From NCBI GenBank assembly GCA_033763675.1, contig JANRJZ010000166.1:1-60507 (forward strand): DNA of 60,507 nt, given 5' to 3'. Below the pieces are notes generated by a model that saw only the letters and a list, made by a program, of their open reading frames with translations, was not told the origin of the DNA and made no database searches. Origin of the DNA: Gemmatimonadota bacterium. Its GTDB lineage: Bacteria > Gemmatimonadota > Gemmatimonadetes > Gemmatimonadales > GWC2-71-9. Made by a program: the position numbers and the translations under genes. Shown one piece after another: positions 1 through 9,199 of this stretch. Every line of letters begins with the position of its first letter. Within the stretch, counting starts at the first letter, position 1.

Positions 1-1179
1 AGCAGCTCGGTTGCCGTGCCCACCCCGCCCACCCACCGGGCGACGCTGCACATCGCCACCACGCGCGGGCCCGCCGGCATCGAGCTCGGCGGCATCTGGG
101 CCGGCGACACCAAGACGGGCGAGCTGTTCCAGGTGGTGGACGGCTCGCCGGGCAACTACACCGTCCTGGAGGACCGCGTCCGCCATTCGGACGCCTTCGG
201 CGCCAAGGCGAAGGTGACGGTCTCGCGGGGCCGGTGGAACTGGTACGCGCAGGGTGCGGGCATGGGCCTGGTGGCCGATGGCGGCCCGACGGCAACCCAG
301 ACCTTTACCGGGTGGTACCTCAAGGATACCGGCAGCGGCAACCAGTGGAACGCGATCACCGGGCTGACCTACACCGTGGGCAACCTGCAGATCGCCCCCA
401 ACTTCCTGTGGCAGAAGCCCATCGTCGGGCCGGTGCCACGCACCGCCCCGGCGCCGGGACGGCCGCGCAACATCCTTGACGACCCCTTCGCCGTGCGGGC
501 CAACCGGCAGACGACCGCCGGCGAGCTGCTGGTGACCTGGGACCCGACGCCGGCGACGTGGATGTACGCCTGGGACAGCGACCTGCGGGAAGACGCCAGG
601 CTGGCCGTCAGCGCCGGCTTCACCTACAAGCACCATTCGACCACCCAGGACGCGGCGATCGGCATCCTGGCCGACGGACGCACGACCTTCCCCTTCCCGG
701 GGGCTCCGCCCGCCCGGGATCTCTGGGAGGTGCGCGCACGCATCGCCTCCCGGCTCCGCCCGGACCTCCGCTTCATCGTGAACCTGTTCGGCGGCACCGG
801 CGAGCCGAATGGGGACAGCCCCCGGCTGGTGCGCCGGTACGGCGGCGACCTGCGCCTGGTGAAGAGCCAGTTCAAGCTGGTCACCTCGGCCCGGGTGAAC
901 GACTGGGGGCCCTACGACTACCACCGGGACTTCAACCTCACCTTCCCGCTGCAGTTGATGGGCGACCTCTCCTATTCGCTGGGTCAGCCGAAGTGGTGGG
1001 ATGTCCCGTCCACCCGGGTCGGGCTCCGGGGCACCTGGCGCTCGCTTGACCGGTTGTCGCCCCGGTATTGCCCCGCCCGGGTGACCGATCCGAGCGGCGC
1101 CCAGATCTGCGATCCGACCGCGCCGGGAGCCGATGGCCAGGAGTGGGAGATCCGGACCTACCTGACGGTGGGCTGGTAG
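1..1179 (+). CDS. 5'-truncated CDS; C-terminal beta-rich (probable outer-membrane beta-barrel) region of a protein associated with the beta-glucan locus
   Basis: The frame is open from position 1 to TAG at 1177-1179. It has alternating aromatic/hydrophobic strands and ends in EIRTYLTVGW (terminal aromatic, beta-signal-like). The N-terminus is outside the window. Confidence 0.55.
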   Translation, partial: SSSVAVPTPPTHRATLHIATTRGPAGIELGGIWAGDTKTGELFQVVDGSPGNYTVLEDRVRHSDAFGAKAKVTVSRGRWNWYAQGAGMGLVADGGPTATQTFTGWYLKDTGSGNQWNAITGLTYTVGNLQIAPNFLWQKPIVGPVPRTAPAPGRPRNILDDPFAVRANRQTTAGELLVTWDPTPATWMYAWDSDLREDARLAVSAGFTYKHHSTTQDAAIGILADGRTTFPFPGAPPARDLWEVRARIASRLRPDLRFIVNLFGGTGEPNGDSPRLVRRYGGDLRLVKSQFKLVTSARVNDWGPYDYHRDFNLTFPLQLMGDLSYSLGQPKWWDVPSTRVGLRGTWRSLDRLSPRYCPARVTDPSGAQICDPTAPGADGQEWEIRTYLTVGW

Positions 1180-1220
1180 GGTCGCGCCTGCGGGCGACGC
1201 ATATCCCGGCCCCACGCGCC

Positions 1221-3461
1221 ATGGCCCCGCACCTGGAGACTGCCCTGACCGTGCTGGACCTTGAAGCGGACGCGCTGGAGCAGCGGATCGCGGGGCTGTT
1301 GCAGCAGATGACCCTGGAGGAGAAGATCGGCCAGCTGGCCCTGGTGCCGGGCGCCAGCGGTCACGTCCCCGATGCCCTGGGCCAGGCCCTGCGGGAGGGA
1401 CGGGTCGGTTCCATCCTGAACGAAGTGGACCTCGACACCGTCAACGAACTGCAGCGCATCGCGGTCAAGGAAAGCCGCCTCGGCATCCCGCTGCTGATCG
1501 GCCGCGACGTCGTCCACGGATTCAAGACGGTCTTCCCGATTCCGCTGGGACAGGCGGCGACCTGGAATCCCCGGCTGGTGGCCCACGCCGCCCGGATCGC
1601 CGCGCTGGAGGCGGCGGCGGCGGGGGTCAACTGGACGTTCGCGCCGATGGTGGATATCGGCCGGGACCCGCGCTGGGGCCGGGTCGCCGAGGGCCTCGGC
1701 GAGGATCCCTGGCTGGCCGGCCTCCTCGCCGCGGCCATGGTGCGCGGCTTCCAGGGCAGCGACCTGGCCGAGCCCGGCAACATCGCCGCCTGCGCCAAGC
1801 ACTTCGCCGGCTACGGCGCGTGTGAGAGCGGCCGCGATTACAACACCACCTCGGTGCCCGAGCTGGAGCTGCGCAACGTGCACCTCCCACCCTTCAAGGC
1901 GGCCGTGGATGCCGGGGTCGCGAGCATCATGACCTCATTCAGCGATCTCAACGGCGTCCCCGCCACCGCCAACGAATGGCTGCTCCGCGACGTGCTCCGC
2001 CGGGAGTGGGGCTTCGACGGGCTGGTGGTGAGCGACTGGGAATCGGTGCGCCAGCTGTCGGTGCACGGGCTCACCACCGACGACCGGGCATCAGCCCGGG
2101 AGGCCGCTGCCGCCGGGTGCGACGTCGAAATGACCAGCGCCACTTACGCGGAGCACCTGCCATCGCTGGTGCGGGACGGCGAGGTGCCGCTGGAGCAGGT
2201 CGATGCGATGGTGGCCAACGTGCTGCGGCTGAAGCTCCGGCTCGGGCTCTTCGAGGATCCGTACACCGACGCCGCCCGCTTCCCGGCGGCGCTTAACGCC
2301 GAGCACCTCCACGCCGCCTACGAGGCCGCGGTGGAGAGTGTCGTCCTGCTCAAGAACGCACACGGGCTGCTCCCGCTCCATGCCGACCGGGCACGCGCCC
2401 TGGCGGTGATCGGCCCGCTGGCCGATGACCCGTATGAGCAGCTCGGCACCTGGGTCTTCGACGGCGTCCCCGAGGCGAGCCGCACTCCGCTCTCGGCGAT
2501 CCGGCAGCTGGTGGGTGACCGGGTGGTGCTTCATCACGCCCGTGGACTGGCGACGACCCGCAGCCGGGACCAGGAGGGGTTTGGCGAGGCGGTCGCCTGC
2601 GCCGCGGCCTCCGACGCGGTAATCCTCTTCCTGGGAGAGGAAGCCATCCTCTCGGGTGAGGCGCATTGCCGCGCCGATATCGGGCTGCCCGGCGGCCAGG
2701 AGGCGCTCCTCGACACGCTGGCCGGGACGGGCAAGCCCATTGTGCTGGTGCTGATGGCCGGCCGCCCCCTCGCGCTGGAGCGGGTCGTGGACCGGGTGTC
2801 GGCGCTGGTGTACGCCTGGCATCCCGGCACCATGGGCGGCCCGGCGATCGCGGACCTCCTGTTCGGCGGGGCCGCGCCCTCGGGCAAGCTGCCAGTCACG
2901 CTGCCCAGGGTCACCGGCCAGGTCCCGATCTACTATGCGCACAAGCACACCGGCAAGCCGCCGACCCCCGAAAGCTTCGTGCACATCGACGCGATCACGC
3001 CCCGGGCGCCGCAGGTGTCCGTCGGCAACACCTCGTACCATCTCGACGTATACTACACGCCGCTCTTCCCCTTCGGGTTCGGGCTCGGCTACACCGAGTT
3101 CGAGTACCAGGACATCGCGGTGAGCAGCCCGGAACTGACTCCGGAAGGCAGCATCACCGTGAGCGCCGTGGTGAGCAACGCGGGCGATCGGGAGGGGGAC
3201 GAGGTGGTCCAGCTCTACATCCGGGACCTCGCGGGCAGCACCACCCGGCCGGTGCGGGAGCTCAAGGGCTTTACCCGGGTCCGGCTGGCGCCCGGGGAGC
3301 GCCGCACCGTGGGCTTCACGCTCACGGCAGCCGACCTCGCCTTCACCGGCCGGGGCATGCGGTTCGGCGCGGAACCGGGCGGCTTCCACGCCTGGATCGG
3401 CGGCAGCTCCGAGGCCACGCTGCGGACCGCATTCGTGCTTGCCGAGGCCTCTTCCTCGTGA
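1221..3461 (+). CDS. bglX: GH3 beta-glucosidase (BglX-like, with C-terminal Fn3-like domain)
   Basis: Motifs MTLEEKIGQL, SRLGIPLL, RDPRWGR, CAKHFAGYG, VVSDW (nucleophile), GDEVVQLYIRD...RPVRELKGF. ATG 1221 was chosen over the ORF start at 1068. Confidence 0.92.
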   Translation: MAPHLETALTVLDLEADALEQRIAGLLQQMTLEEKIGQLALVPGASGHVPDALGQALREGRVGSILNEVDLDTVNELQRIAVKESRLGIPLLIGRDVVHGFKTVFPIPLGQAATWNPRLVAHAARIAALEAAAAGVNWTFAPMVDIGRDPRWGRVAEGLGEDPWLAGLLAAAMVRGFQGSDLAEPGNIAACAKHFAGYGACESGRDYNTTSVPELELRNVHLPPFKAAVDAGVASIMTSFSDLNGVPATANEWLLRDVLRREWGFDGLVVSDWESVRQLSVHGLTTDDRASAREAAAAGCDVEMTSATYAEHLPSLVRDGEVPLEQVDAMVANVLRLKLRLGLFEDPYTDAARFPAALNAEHLHAAYEAAVESVVLLKNAHGLLPLHADRARALAVIGPLADDPYEQLGTWVFDGVPEASRTPLSAIRQLVGDRVVLHHARGLATTRSRDQEGFGEAVACAAASDAVILFLGEEAILSGEAHCRADIGLPGGQEALLDTLAGTGKPIVLVLMAGRPLALERVVDRVSALVYAWHPGTMGGPAIADLLFGGAAPSGKLPVTLPRVTGQVPIYYAHKHTGKPPTPESFVHIDAITPRAPQVSVGNTSYHLDVYYTPLFPFGFGLGYTEFEYQDIAVSSPELTPEGSITVSAVVSNAGDREGDEVVQLYIRDLAGSTTRPVRELKGFTRVRLAPGERRTVGFTLTAADLAFTGRGMRFGAEPGGFHAWIGGSSEATLRTAFVLAEASSS

Positions 3462-3474
3462 ATCCCCGAGACCC

Positions 3475-5331
3475 ATGATGAGTGTCATGCCCCGCGATCG
3501 CGAGATCGCGCAGAAGGTCGACCAGCTGCTTGGCCGGATGACGGTCGACCAGAAGCTCGGCCAGATGATCCAGGCCGAACGGATGGCCGCCACGCCGGAG
3601 GATGTGAAGGCCCACCACCTGGGCTCGATCCTGAGCGGCGGGGGCTCCACCCCCGGGCAGAACCGCCCGGCAGACTGGATCGCCATGAACGACGCCTACT
3701 GGCTCGCCTCGGTCAGCGAGGAGGCCGGCCGGGTGCCCATCCCCCTGCTCTACGGGGTGGATGCCATTCACGGGCACGCGAACGTCCTGGGCGCCACCGT
3801 CTTCCCCCACAACATCGGCCTGGGCGCAGCGCACGATCACGACCTGCTGGCGCGGATCGGGCAGATCACCGCCCGGGAGATCCTCGCCACCGGCGTGGAA
3901 TGGACCTTTGCGCCCACCCTCGCCGTGGCCCGGAACATCTGCTGGGGCCGCACCTACGAGAGCTACTCCGAGGACACGGCCCTGGTTGCCTCCTACGCGG
4001 GGCGCTTCGTCCGCGGCCTGCAGGGCGACCTCGGCCGCGATGCGGTCGTGGCATGCGCCAAGCACTGGGTGGGCGATGGCGGCACCACCAACGGCGTGGA
4101 CCAGGGCGATACCGTGCTCCCCGAAGCGGAGCTGGAGCGGGTGCACATGGCGCCCTACCTGCCGGCACTCGAGGCGGGCGTCCTGACGGTCATGGCCTCG
4201 TTCAATAGCTGGAACGGACAGAAGTGCCACGGCCACCGCTACCTGCTCACCGATGTGCTGAAAGGGCGGCTGGGATTCTCCGGGTTCGTCATCTCCGACT
4301 GGGACGGCGCTGACTACCTCTCGAAGGACTTCAGCGAGGCAGTCGCCCTGGCGGCCAACGCGGGGATCGACATGTTCATGGTGTCGGCCGACTGGCGGCG
4401 CTGTCTCGCCACGCTGCAGAGGCTGGTGGGTGCGGGGGTGGTGCCGATGGAGCGCGTCGACGATGCGGTCCGACGCATCCTGACCGTGAAGCACCGCTAC
4501 GGGTTATTCGAGCGGCCTCGCCCCGCGGAGCGCTACTGGTCCCGCCAGGACTGCCTGGGTGCACCGGCGCACCGGGCGGTGGCACGGGAGGCGGTGCGCA
4601 AGTCGCTCGTCCTGCTCAAGAATGCGGGCAATCACCTCCCGCTCGACCGCCGGGCCCGGATCCTGGTGGCCGGGAAGAACGCTGACAATCGGGGGCACCA
4701 GTGCGGCGGCTTTACGGTCGCCTGGCAGGGGACCTCCGGCAACGACCACATCATCGGCGGTACCTCGATCTGGGAAGGGATCCGCGCGGTGGCTCCGGGG
4801 GCGGTCCTCAGCGTGGACGGCGGCGCAGCCGACCCGGCCGCGCATGACGTCGCCGTCGTGGTGATCGGGGAGCGCCCCTATGCGGAGGGGATGGGCGATA
4901 TCCGGACGGAGGAGGTGATCGGCGCCGGGTCCGGCCCGCGGACCGGACCCGGTGCGTCCTCAGCGGGTGACCCCGTCGGGGCCGGATCGGGTCCGGGAGG
5001 GATCACGGCCCGGCTGCCGGCCTACGGCAAGTCGCTGGAGCTTGCCACGCTCCATCCCGAGGACCTGGCAACCATTCGCGCCATCACCGCCCGGAAGATT
5101 CCGGTCGTTGCGGTGCTGGTGTCGGGGCGCCCGCTGGTGGTCACCCAGGAGCTCGCCGAGGCCTCCGCCTTCGTCGCGGCCTGGCTGCCTGGCTCCGAGG
5201 GGCAGGGAGTGGCGGACGTCCTGTTCGGAGACCACCACTTCCAGGGCAGGCTTCCCTTTTCCTGGCCCGCCGGCACCGGCCAGGCGGGGGGGCCGCTCTT
5301 CCCCCTCGGCTTCGGGCTCACGATCGGGTAG
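3475..5331 (+). CDS. GH3 beta-glucosidase / exo-1,3-1,4-beta-glucanase type
   Basis: Motifs GSILSGGGS, YGVDAIHGH, TVFPHNIGLGA, WGRTYESYSED, CAKHWVGDGGT, FVISDW, AAWLPGSEGQG. Confidence 0.9.
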   Translation: MMSVMPRDREIAQKVDQLLGRMTVDQKLGQMIQAERMAATPEDVKAHHLGSILSGGGSTPGQNRPADWIAMNDAYWLASVSEEAGRVPIPLLYGVDAIHGHANVLGATVFPHNIGLGAAHDHDLLARIGQITAREILATGVEWTFAPTLAVARNICWGRTYESYSEDTALVASYAGRFVRGLQGDLGRDAVVACAKHWVGDGGTTNGVDQGDTVLPEAELERVHMAPYLPALEAGVLTVMASFNSWNGQKCHGHRYLLTDVLKGRLGFSGFVISDWDGADYLSKDFSEAVALAANAGIDMFMVSADWRRCLATLQRLVGAGVVPMERVDDAVRRILTVKHRYGLFERPRPAERYWSRQDCLGAPAHRAVAREAVRKSLVLLKNAGNHLPLDRRARILVAGKNADNRGHQCGGFTVAWQGTSGNDHIIGGTSIWEGIRAVAPGAVLSVDGGAADPAAHDVAVVVIGERPYAEGMGDIRTEEVIGAGSGPRTGPGASSAGDPVGAGSGPGGITARLPAYGKSLELATLHPEDLATIRAITARKIPVVAVLVSGRPLVVTQELAEASAFVAAWLPGSEGQGVADVLFGDHHFQGRLPFSWPAGTGQAGGPLFPLGFGLTIG

Positions 5332-5353
5332 GGCCGGCCCGCCACCGGCACAC

Positions 5354-5383
5354 GAGAACCGCCGCACTCGCGGCGGTCTTCTC
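5354..5383. terminator. GC-rich hairpin between convergent genes (putative terminator)
   Basis: ACCGCCGC-ACTC-GCGGCGGT stem, extended by GAGA/TCTC, between the GH3 stop (5331) and the MFS stop (5391). Confidence 0.5.
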
Positions 5384-5390
5384 ATTTCCC

Positions 5391-6950
5391 TCAGACGGGG
5401 AACGTCGCGAGGGCGTCGCCCGGCTTGCCCCGCCGCTGTTCCAGCTGCCGCCGAACCTCGCGTGCCAGCTCCTCGGTGATCGGATAGGTGGCAATCGCCC
5501 AGATCGCCGCGCCGGACGTCACCAGCGGGACCAGGATGTCGAAGAGCCGCATCATGACAATTGTCTCTCCGGCCTGTGCTCCGGCCAGCGCCACATCGAA
5601 GCCGGTGGCGTTGAGCAGGAAGCCGCCCGCCGCGAGGGCCGCCGCCATCCCGACCTTCACCACCCACCAGAAGATGGATCCGAACATACCCTCGCGCCGC
5701 TGGTGGGTTTCGAGTTCGTCCACGTCCACCACATCCGCAACCATGGAGCCCATCAGGGTGAACAGGCCGCCGAGGCCGAAGGCCATGAGCGGTGCCGGCA
5801 GGAGGATCATCAGCGGATGCGCCGGGTTGTAGCAGAACCACTTCAGCGCATAGCCGACCATCGACACCGCGGTGGAGACGTAGAATGCCCGGCGCTTCCC
5901 GATCCGGGTGCCGAGCCAGGTGACGCAGAAGATCACCAGGAAGGTGGACGCGGCCCCCAGCGTCCCCGCGTAGCCGGCGTAGCGCGCCCCCGCTTCCTGG
6001 TCCCCGCCGAAGACATAGTAGATGATCACATAGAACTGGAACGACGAGATCATGATGAAGCCGTTGAACACCAGGAAGGTCGCGGCGCAGAGCTTCAGGA
6101 AGGGCTTCGAACGGAGGGTGGTGGCGAAGCCCTTGCCGAACTCCACCATGTTCCGGCGCAGGGCCGAGGTCCGGCTCTCCCTGGCGGCGGCCGCGTGCTC
6201 CGCGACCGCGATGGCACGGAAGCGCTCCCGGAGAAAGATCGCCGGCATCACCCCCAGCAGGATGACCACGCCACCGATCCACACGGAGAGCCCCGCCGCC
6301 CCGGCGACCATGTTCTCGAACCAGGGCTTGTGGGTCATGATCCAGAGGAACCATGGCGACACCAGGTAGGCGAGCTGCCCGATGAAGTTCTGGACGCCCA
6401 TGAGCCGGGTCCGCTCGTGGTAGTCGGGGGTCAGTTCGTAGCCCAGCGCGACCCACGGCGTGGCGAAGACCGTATAGGCCAGGTAGAAGATGATCGAGCC
6501 GATGAGGAAGAACCAGAAATAGAAGTTCTCGCTCCGGCCGGCCGGCAACTGCCACAGCAGGGCGAAGATGATCCCGGAGGCGATCGCGCCGGTGAAGATG
6601 TACGGCCGGCGCCGGCCCCAGCGCGATGCGGTGTTGTCCGAGATGTACCCCATGAGGGGGTCGGTCAGGGCATCGGTGATGCGCGGGATCGCTCCGAGCA
6701 GGCCGACCAGGGCGGGGTTCATCCCCAGGCCGAGGTTGAGCACGATGACCATCCCGCCGATCGCCGCCGCCAGCAGGTTGTTGACGAGCGCGCCCATCCC
6801 GTAGGCGAGCTTGCGCGGGAAGGTGATGCGGTCTTCCGGCGCCGTCTGGTAGTGGGCGATGCGGTGCTCGCCGGTGAGCGGCGGGATGCGCGCGTGCCAG
6901 GCGGCGAGCGCCAGCCGCCAGAGCCTGCCGAGCCGGGATTGGAGGCTCAA
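5391..6950 (-). CDS. MFS glycoside-pentoside-hexuronide (MelB/GPH family) sugar transporter
   Basis: Motifs KLAYGMG, DALTDPLMGYISD, RWGRRRPYI, ELTPDYHERT, DVDELETHQRREG; about 12 hydrophobic segments. The start is uncertain; TTG at 6950 overlaps the GH16 stop (TTGA). Confidence 0.88.
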   Translation of the reverse strand: MSLQSRLGRLWRLALAAWHARIPPLTGEHRIAHYQTAPEDRITFPRKLAYGMGALVNNLLAAAIGGMVIVLNLGLGMNPALVGLLGAIPRITDALTDPLMGYISDNTASRWGRRRPYIFTGAIASGIIFALLWQLPAGRSENFYFWFFLIGSIIFYLAYTVFATPWVALGYELTPDYHERTRLMGVQNFIGQLAYLVSPWFLWIMTHKPWFENMVAGAAGLSVWIGGVVILLGVMPAIFLRERFRAIAVAEHAAAARESRTSALRRNMVEFGKGFATTLRSKPFLKLCAATFLVFNGFIMISSFQFYVIIYYVFGGDQEAGARYAGYAGTLGAASTFLVIFCVTWLGTRIGKRRAFYVSTAVSMVGYALKWFCYNPAHPLMILLPAPLMAFGLGGLFTLMGSMVADVVDVDELETHQRREGMFGSIFWWVVKVGMAAALAAGGFLLNATGFDVALAGAQAGETIVMMRLFDILVPLVTSGAAIWAIATYPITEELAREVRRQLEQRRGKPGDALATFPV

Positions 6951-7786
6951 GTGCTCTGCCGATACACCCGGACGTAATCCACGACCATCGTCTGCGGGAA
7001 GACCGTTGACCCGTCCGGCGGGCCCGGCGGGCCACCGCCGACCGCCAGGTTGAGCAGCAGGTAGAACGTGTGGTCGAACACCCAGTCGCCCGGCACGTAG
7101 CTCTTCTTGATGGAGTGGTACAGCGTGCTGTCCACGAACCAGTTGATCCGGTCCGAGCTCCACTCCACGGCGAAGACATGGAAATCGTCATCGAAGCGGC
7201 CGGACGGGAGGTCATATCGCCGGCCGAGGCAATTCGACGCCGAATACCGTGGCCCGTGCAGGCAGGCAAACACCGAACTGGGTGTCCGGCCGAAGTTCTC
7301 CAGGATGTCGATCTCGCCGGCCTTCGGCCACCCGACCTGGGCGACGTTGGTGCCGAGCATCCAGAACGCCGGCCAGATCCCGCGGCTGACCGGGATCTTG
7401 ATCCGCGCCTCGAACCGGCCCATCTCCTGCTCGTGGAGACCCATGGTGGTCAGGCGGGCGGAGGTGTAGCTGTTGGACACGCAGGGAGCGGCGGCGCTGC
7501 CGCGGGTGGCCGTCGAGCTGTACGACTCCTGCCGGGCGGTGATCACCAGATTGCCGGCGCCATCGAGCGAGGCATTGCTGGCCCGGTCGGTGTAGCACTG
7601 CAACTCCTGGTTGCCCCAGTCGGTCCCCAGATCGAACTGCCAGTTCGCCGGATCGGGGAGCTGCCCCTGCGGCCCGTCGAACTCGTCCGCCCAGACGAGC
7701 GTCAGGTTGGAGAAGGCCTGGGGTTGGGTGAGGCAGCCACTGAGGCCAACCGCCGCCGTGGCGAGGAGGAGCGGGTGTAGTCGCAT
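6947..7786 (-). CDS. GH16 endo-beta-1,3-glucanase (laminarinase), lipoprotein
   Basis: Lipobox LSGC, LVWADEFDG, WGNQELQCYT, GIWPAFWMLG, catalytic GEIDILE, FYLLLNLAVGG. Confidence 0.92.
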   Translation of the reverse strand: MRLHPLLLATAAVGLSGCLTQPQAFSNLTLVWADEFDGPQGQLPDPANWQFDLGTDWGNQELQCYTDRASNASLDGAGNLVITARQESYSSTATRGSAAAPCVSNSYTSARLTTMGLHEQEMGRFEARIKIPVSRGIWPAFWMLGTNVAQVGWPKAGEIDILENFGRTPSSVFACLHGPRYSASNCLGRRYDLPSGRFDDDFHVFAVEWSSDRINWFVDSTLYHSIKKSYVPGDWVFDHTFYLLLNLAVGGGPPGPPDGSTVFPQTMVVDYVRVYRQST

Positions 7787-7808
7787 GGTGTGGCCGGTCG
7801 AAGGATGG

Positions 7809-9056
7809 TTAGCGTGCGCCGATCGTCGGAAACAGCGTCGGGTCGGTCAGGGCGGCGTCCAGCACCAGGGTCGCGGCCCCGATCGCGATGCCGCGAGGCC
7901 CCAGCTGGCTGGTCAGGATCTCCGAGGCGGCCACTGCGCTGACGAACGTCCGCCGGAGCACCGTCTCCCGGAGCGGCGTCAGCAGCCGGTCCTCCAGCCG
8001 CGAGAGGCCGCCCCCCAGGATCACGGCGGCCGGGTTGTTCAGGTTGAGCAGGCCCGCCACCGCGATGCCGAGGGACTCTGCCGCCGTCCGGACCACCTGC
8101 AGCGCCAGGGGATCATCCACCAGGGCCGCGTCCTCGATGGCGGTGATCGTGATCTCGCCGGCCCGGAGGACCGTCCCGGGGTAATCCGCCAGCAGCCGGG
8201 TGGCCAGGGCGACCAGCGCCTGGGTCCCGACGAAGGTGGCCAGGCATCCCCGGTTGCCACAGACGCACGGCTCCCCTCGGGGATCCACCGTCAGGTGGCC
8301 GATCTCCCCGGCCACGCCGCTGGATCCGCGGTAGATCCGGCCCGCGATCAGGTGCCCCAGCCCGATGCCGGTCGCCACCTTGATGTAGGCGAAGTCGTCG
8401 AGCCCCCGCCCGGCGCCCCACCAGTGCTCCGCCAGCGCGCCGAGGTTGGCGTCGTTGTCCACCAGGATCGGAACCCCGAACTCCCGGCGCAGGTCCTCGA
8501 AGCTGCTCTGCCCGCGCCATTGCGGCATCGCGATGGGGGAGAACCGGTCGGGATGCCGGGGGTCCACCGGGCTCGGGACGGCCACCCCGAGGCCGACCAG
8601 CCGCTGCCGCTTGCCCCCCCAGGCCCTGAGACAGGCCCGGCCGAACTCGGACACCAGCGCGAGGGTCCCCGTCGGGTCCGAGCGGACCGGGTGATCGCGA
8701 TGCTCCCAGGCCAGCACCTGGCCCCGCAGGTTGGTCAGCACCACCCCGACGTGGGTGGCGCCGATGTCCACCCCCAGGATCGCGCAGGCGTCGTCCTGGA
8801 ACTCCAGCACGATCGGGCGGCGGCCTCCCCGCGAGTCACCCTCGCCCGCCTCGGCGACCAGCCTGGTTGCCAGCAGCGCCGTGGCGACCTCTGACACCGT
8901 GGACCGTGACAGGTTGGCCCGGCGGGCGATCTCCGCCCGGGAGATCCGCCGCTCCTGCCAGATCAGGTGCAGCACCGCATCGGCCAGGGTCCGCGGGCGC
9001 GCCGAGCCCGCGCGCCACGCCACGGGGACCGGCGGAACGGTCTCTGTCATCGTCAC
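7809..9056 (-). CDS. ROK family transcriptional regulator (XylR/NagC-like)
   Basis: N-terminal HTH ISRAEIARRANLSRSTVS, GGRRP, VDIGAT, DNDANLGALAE, GEIGH, CVCGNRGCL. Confidence 0.93.
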   Translation of the reverse strand: MTMTETVPPVPVAWRAGSARPRTLADAVLHLIWQERRISRAEIARRANLSRSTVSEVATALLATRLVAEAGEGDSRGGRRPIVLEFQDDACAILGVDIGATHVGVVLTNLRGQVLAWEHRDHPVRSDPTGTLALVSEFGRACLRAWGGKRQRLVGLGVAVPSPVDPRHPDRFSPIAMPQWRGQSSFEDLRREFGVPILVDNDANLGALAEHWWGAGRGLDDFAYIKVATGIGLGHLIAGRIYRGSSGVAGEIGHLTVDPRGEPCVCGNRGCLATFVGTQALVALATRLLADYPGTVLRAGEITITAIEDAALVDDPLALQVVRTAAESLGIAVAGLLNLNNPAAVILGGGLSRLEDRLLTPLRETVLRRTFVSAVAASEILTSQLGPRGIAIGAATLVLDAALTDPTLFPTIGAR

Positions 9057-9199
9057 CTTTCACGGCGGCCAGTGGCCGCCCCGACGGTCGGGACTACTCG
9101 GGCAGGACAGCGTGCTCCGGATAGACCGTACGGGGGTCTCCCGAAATGATCAACTCCCGAGGTGCTGGCGCCGTGCGCCCCGCCGGTTCCGCGCTCCCC

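Noticed and set aside
4915-5000. Duplicated GAGSGP segment inside the second GH3
   Set aside because: It is a short in-frame low-complexity loop with no sign of an inserted element.
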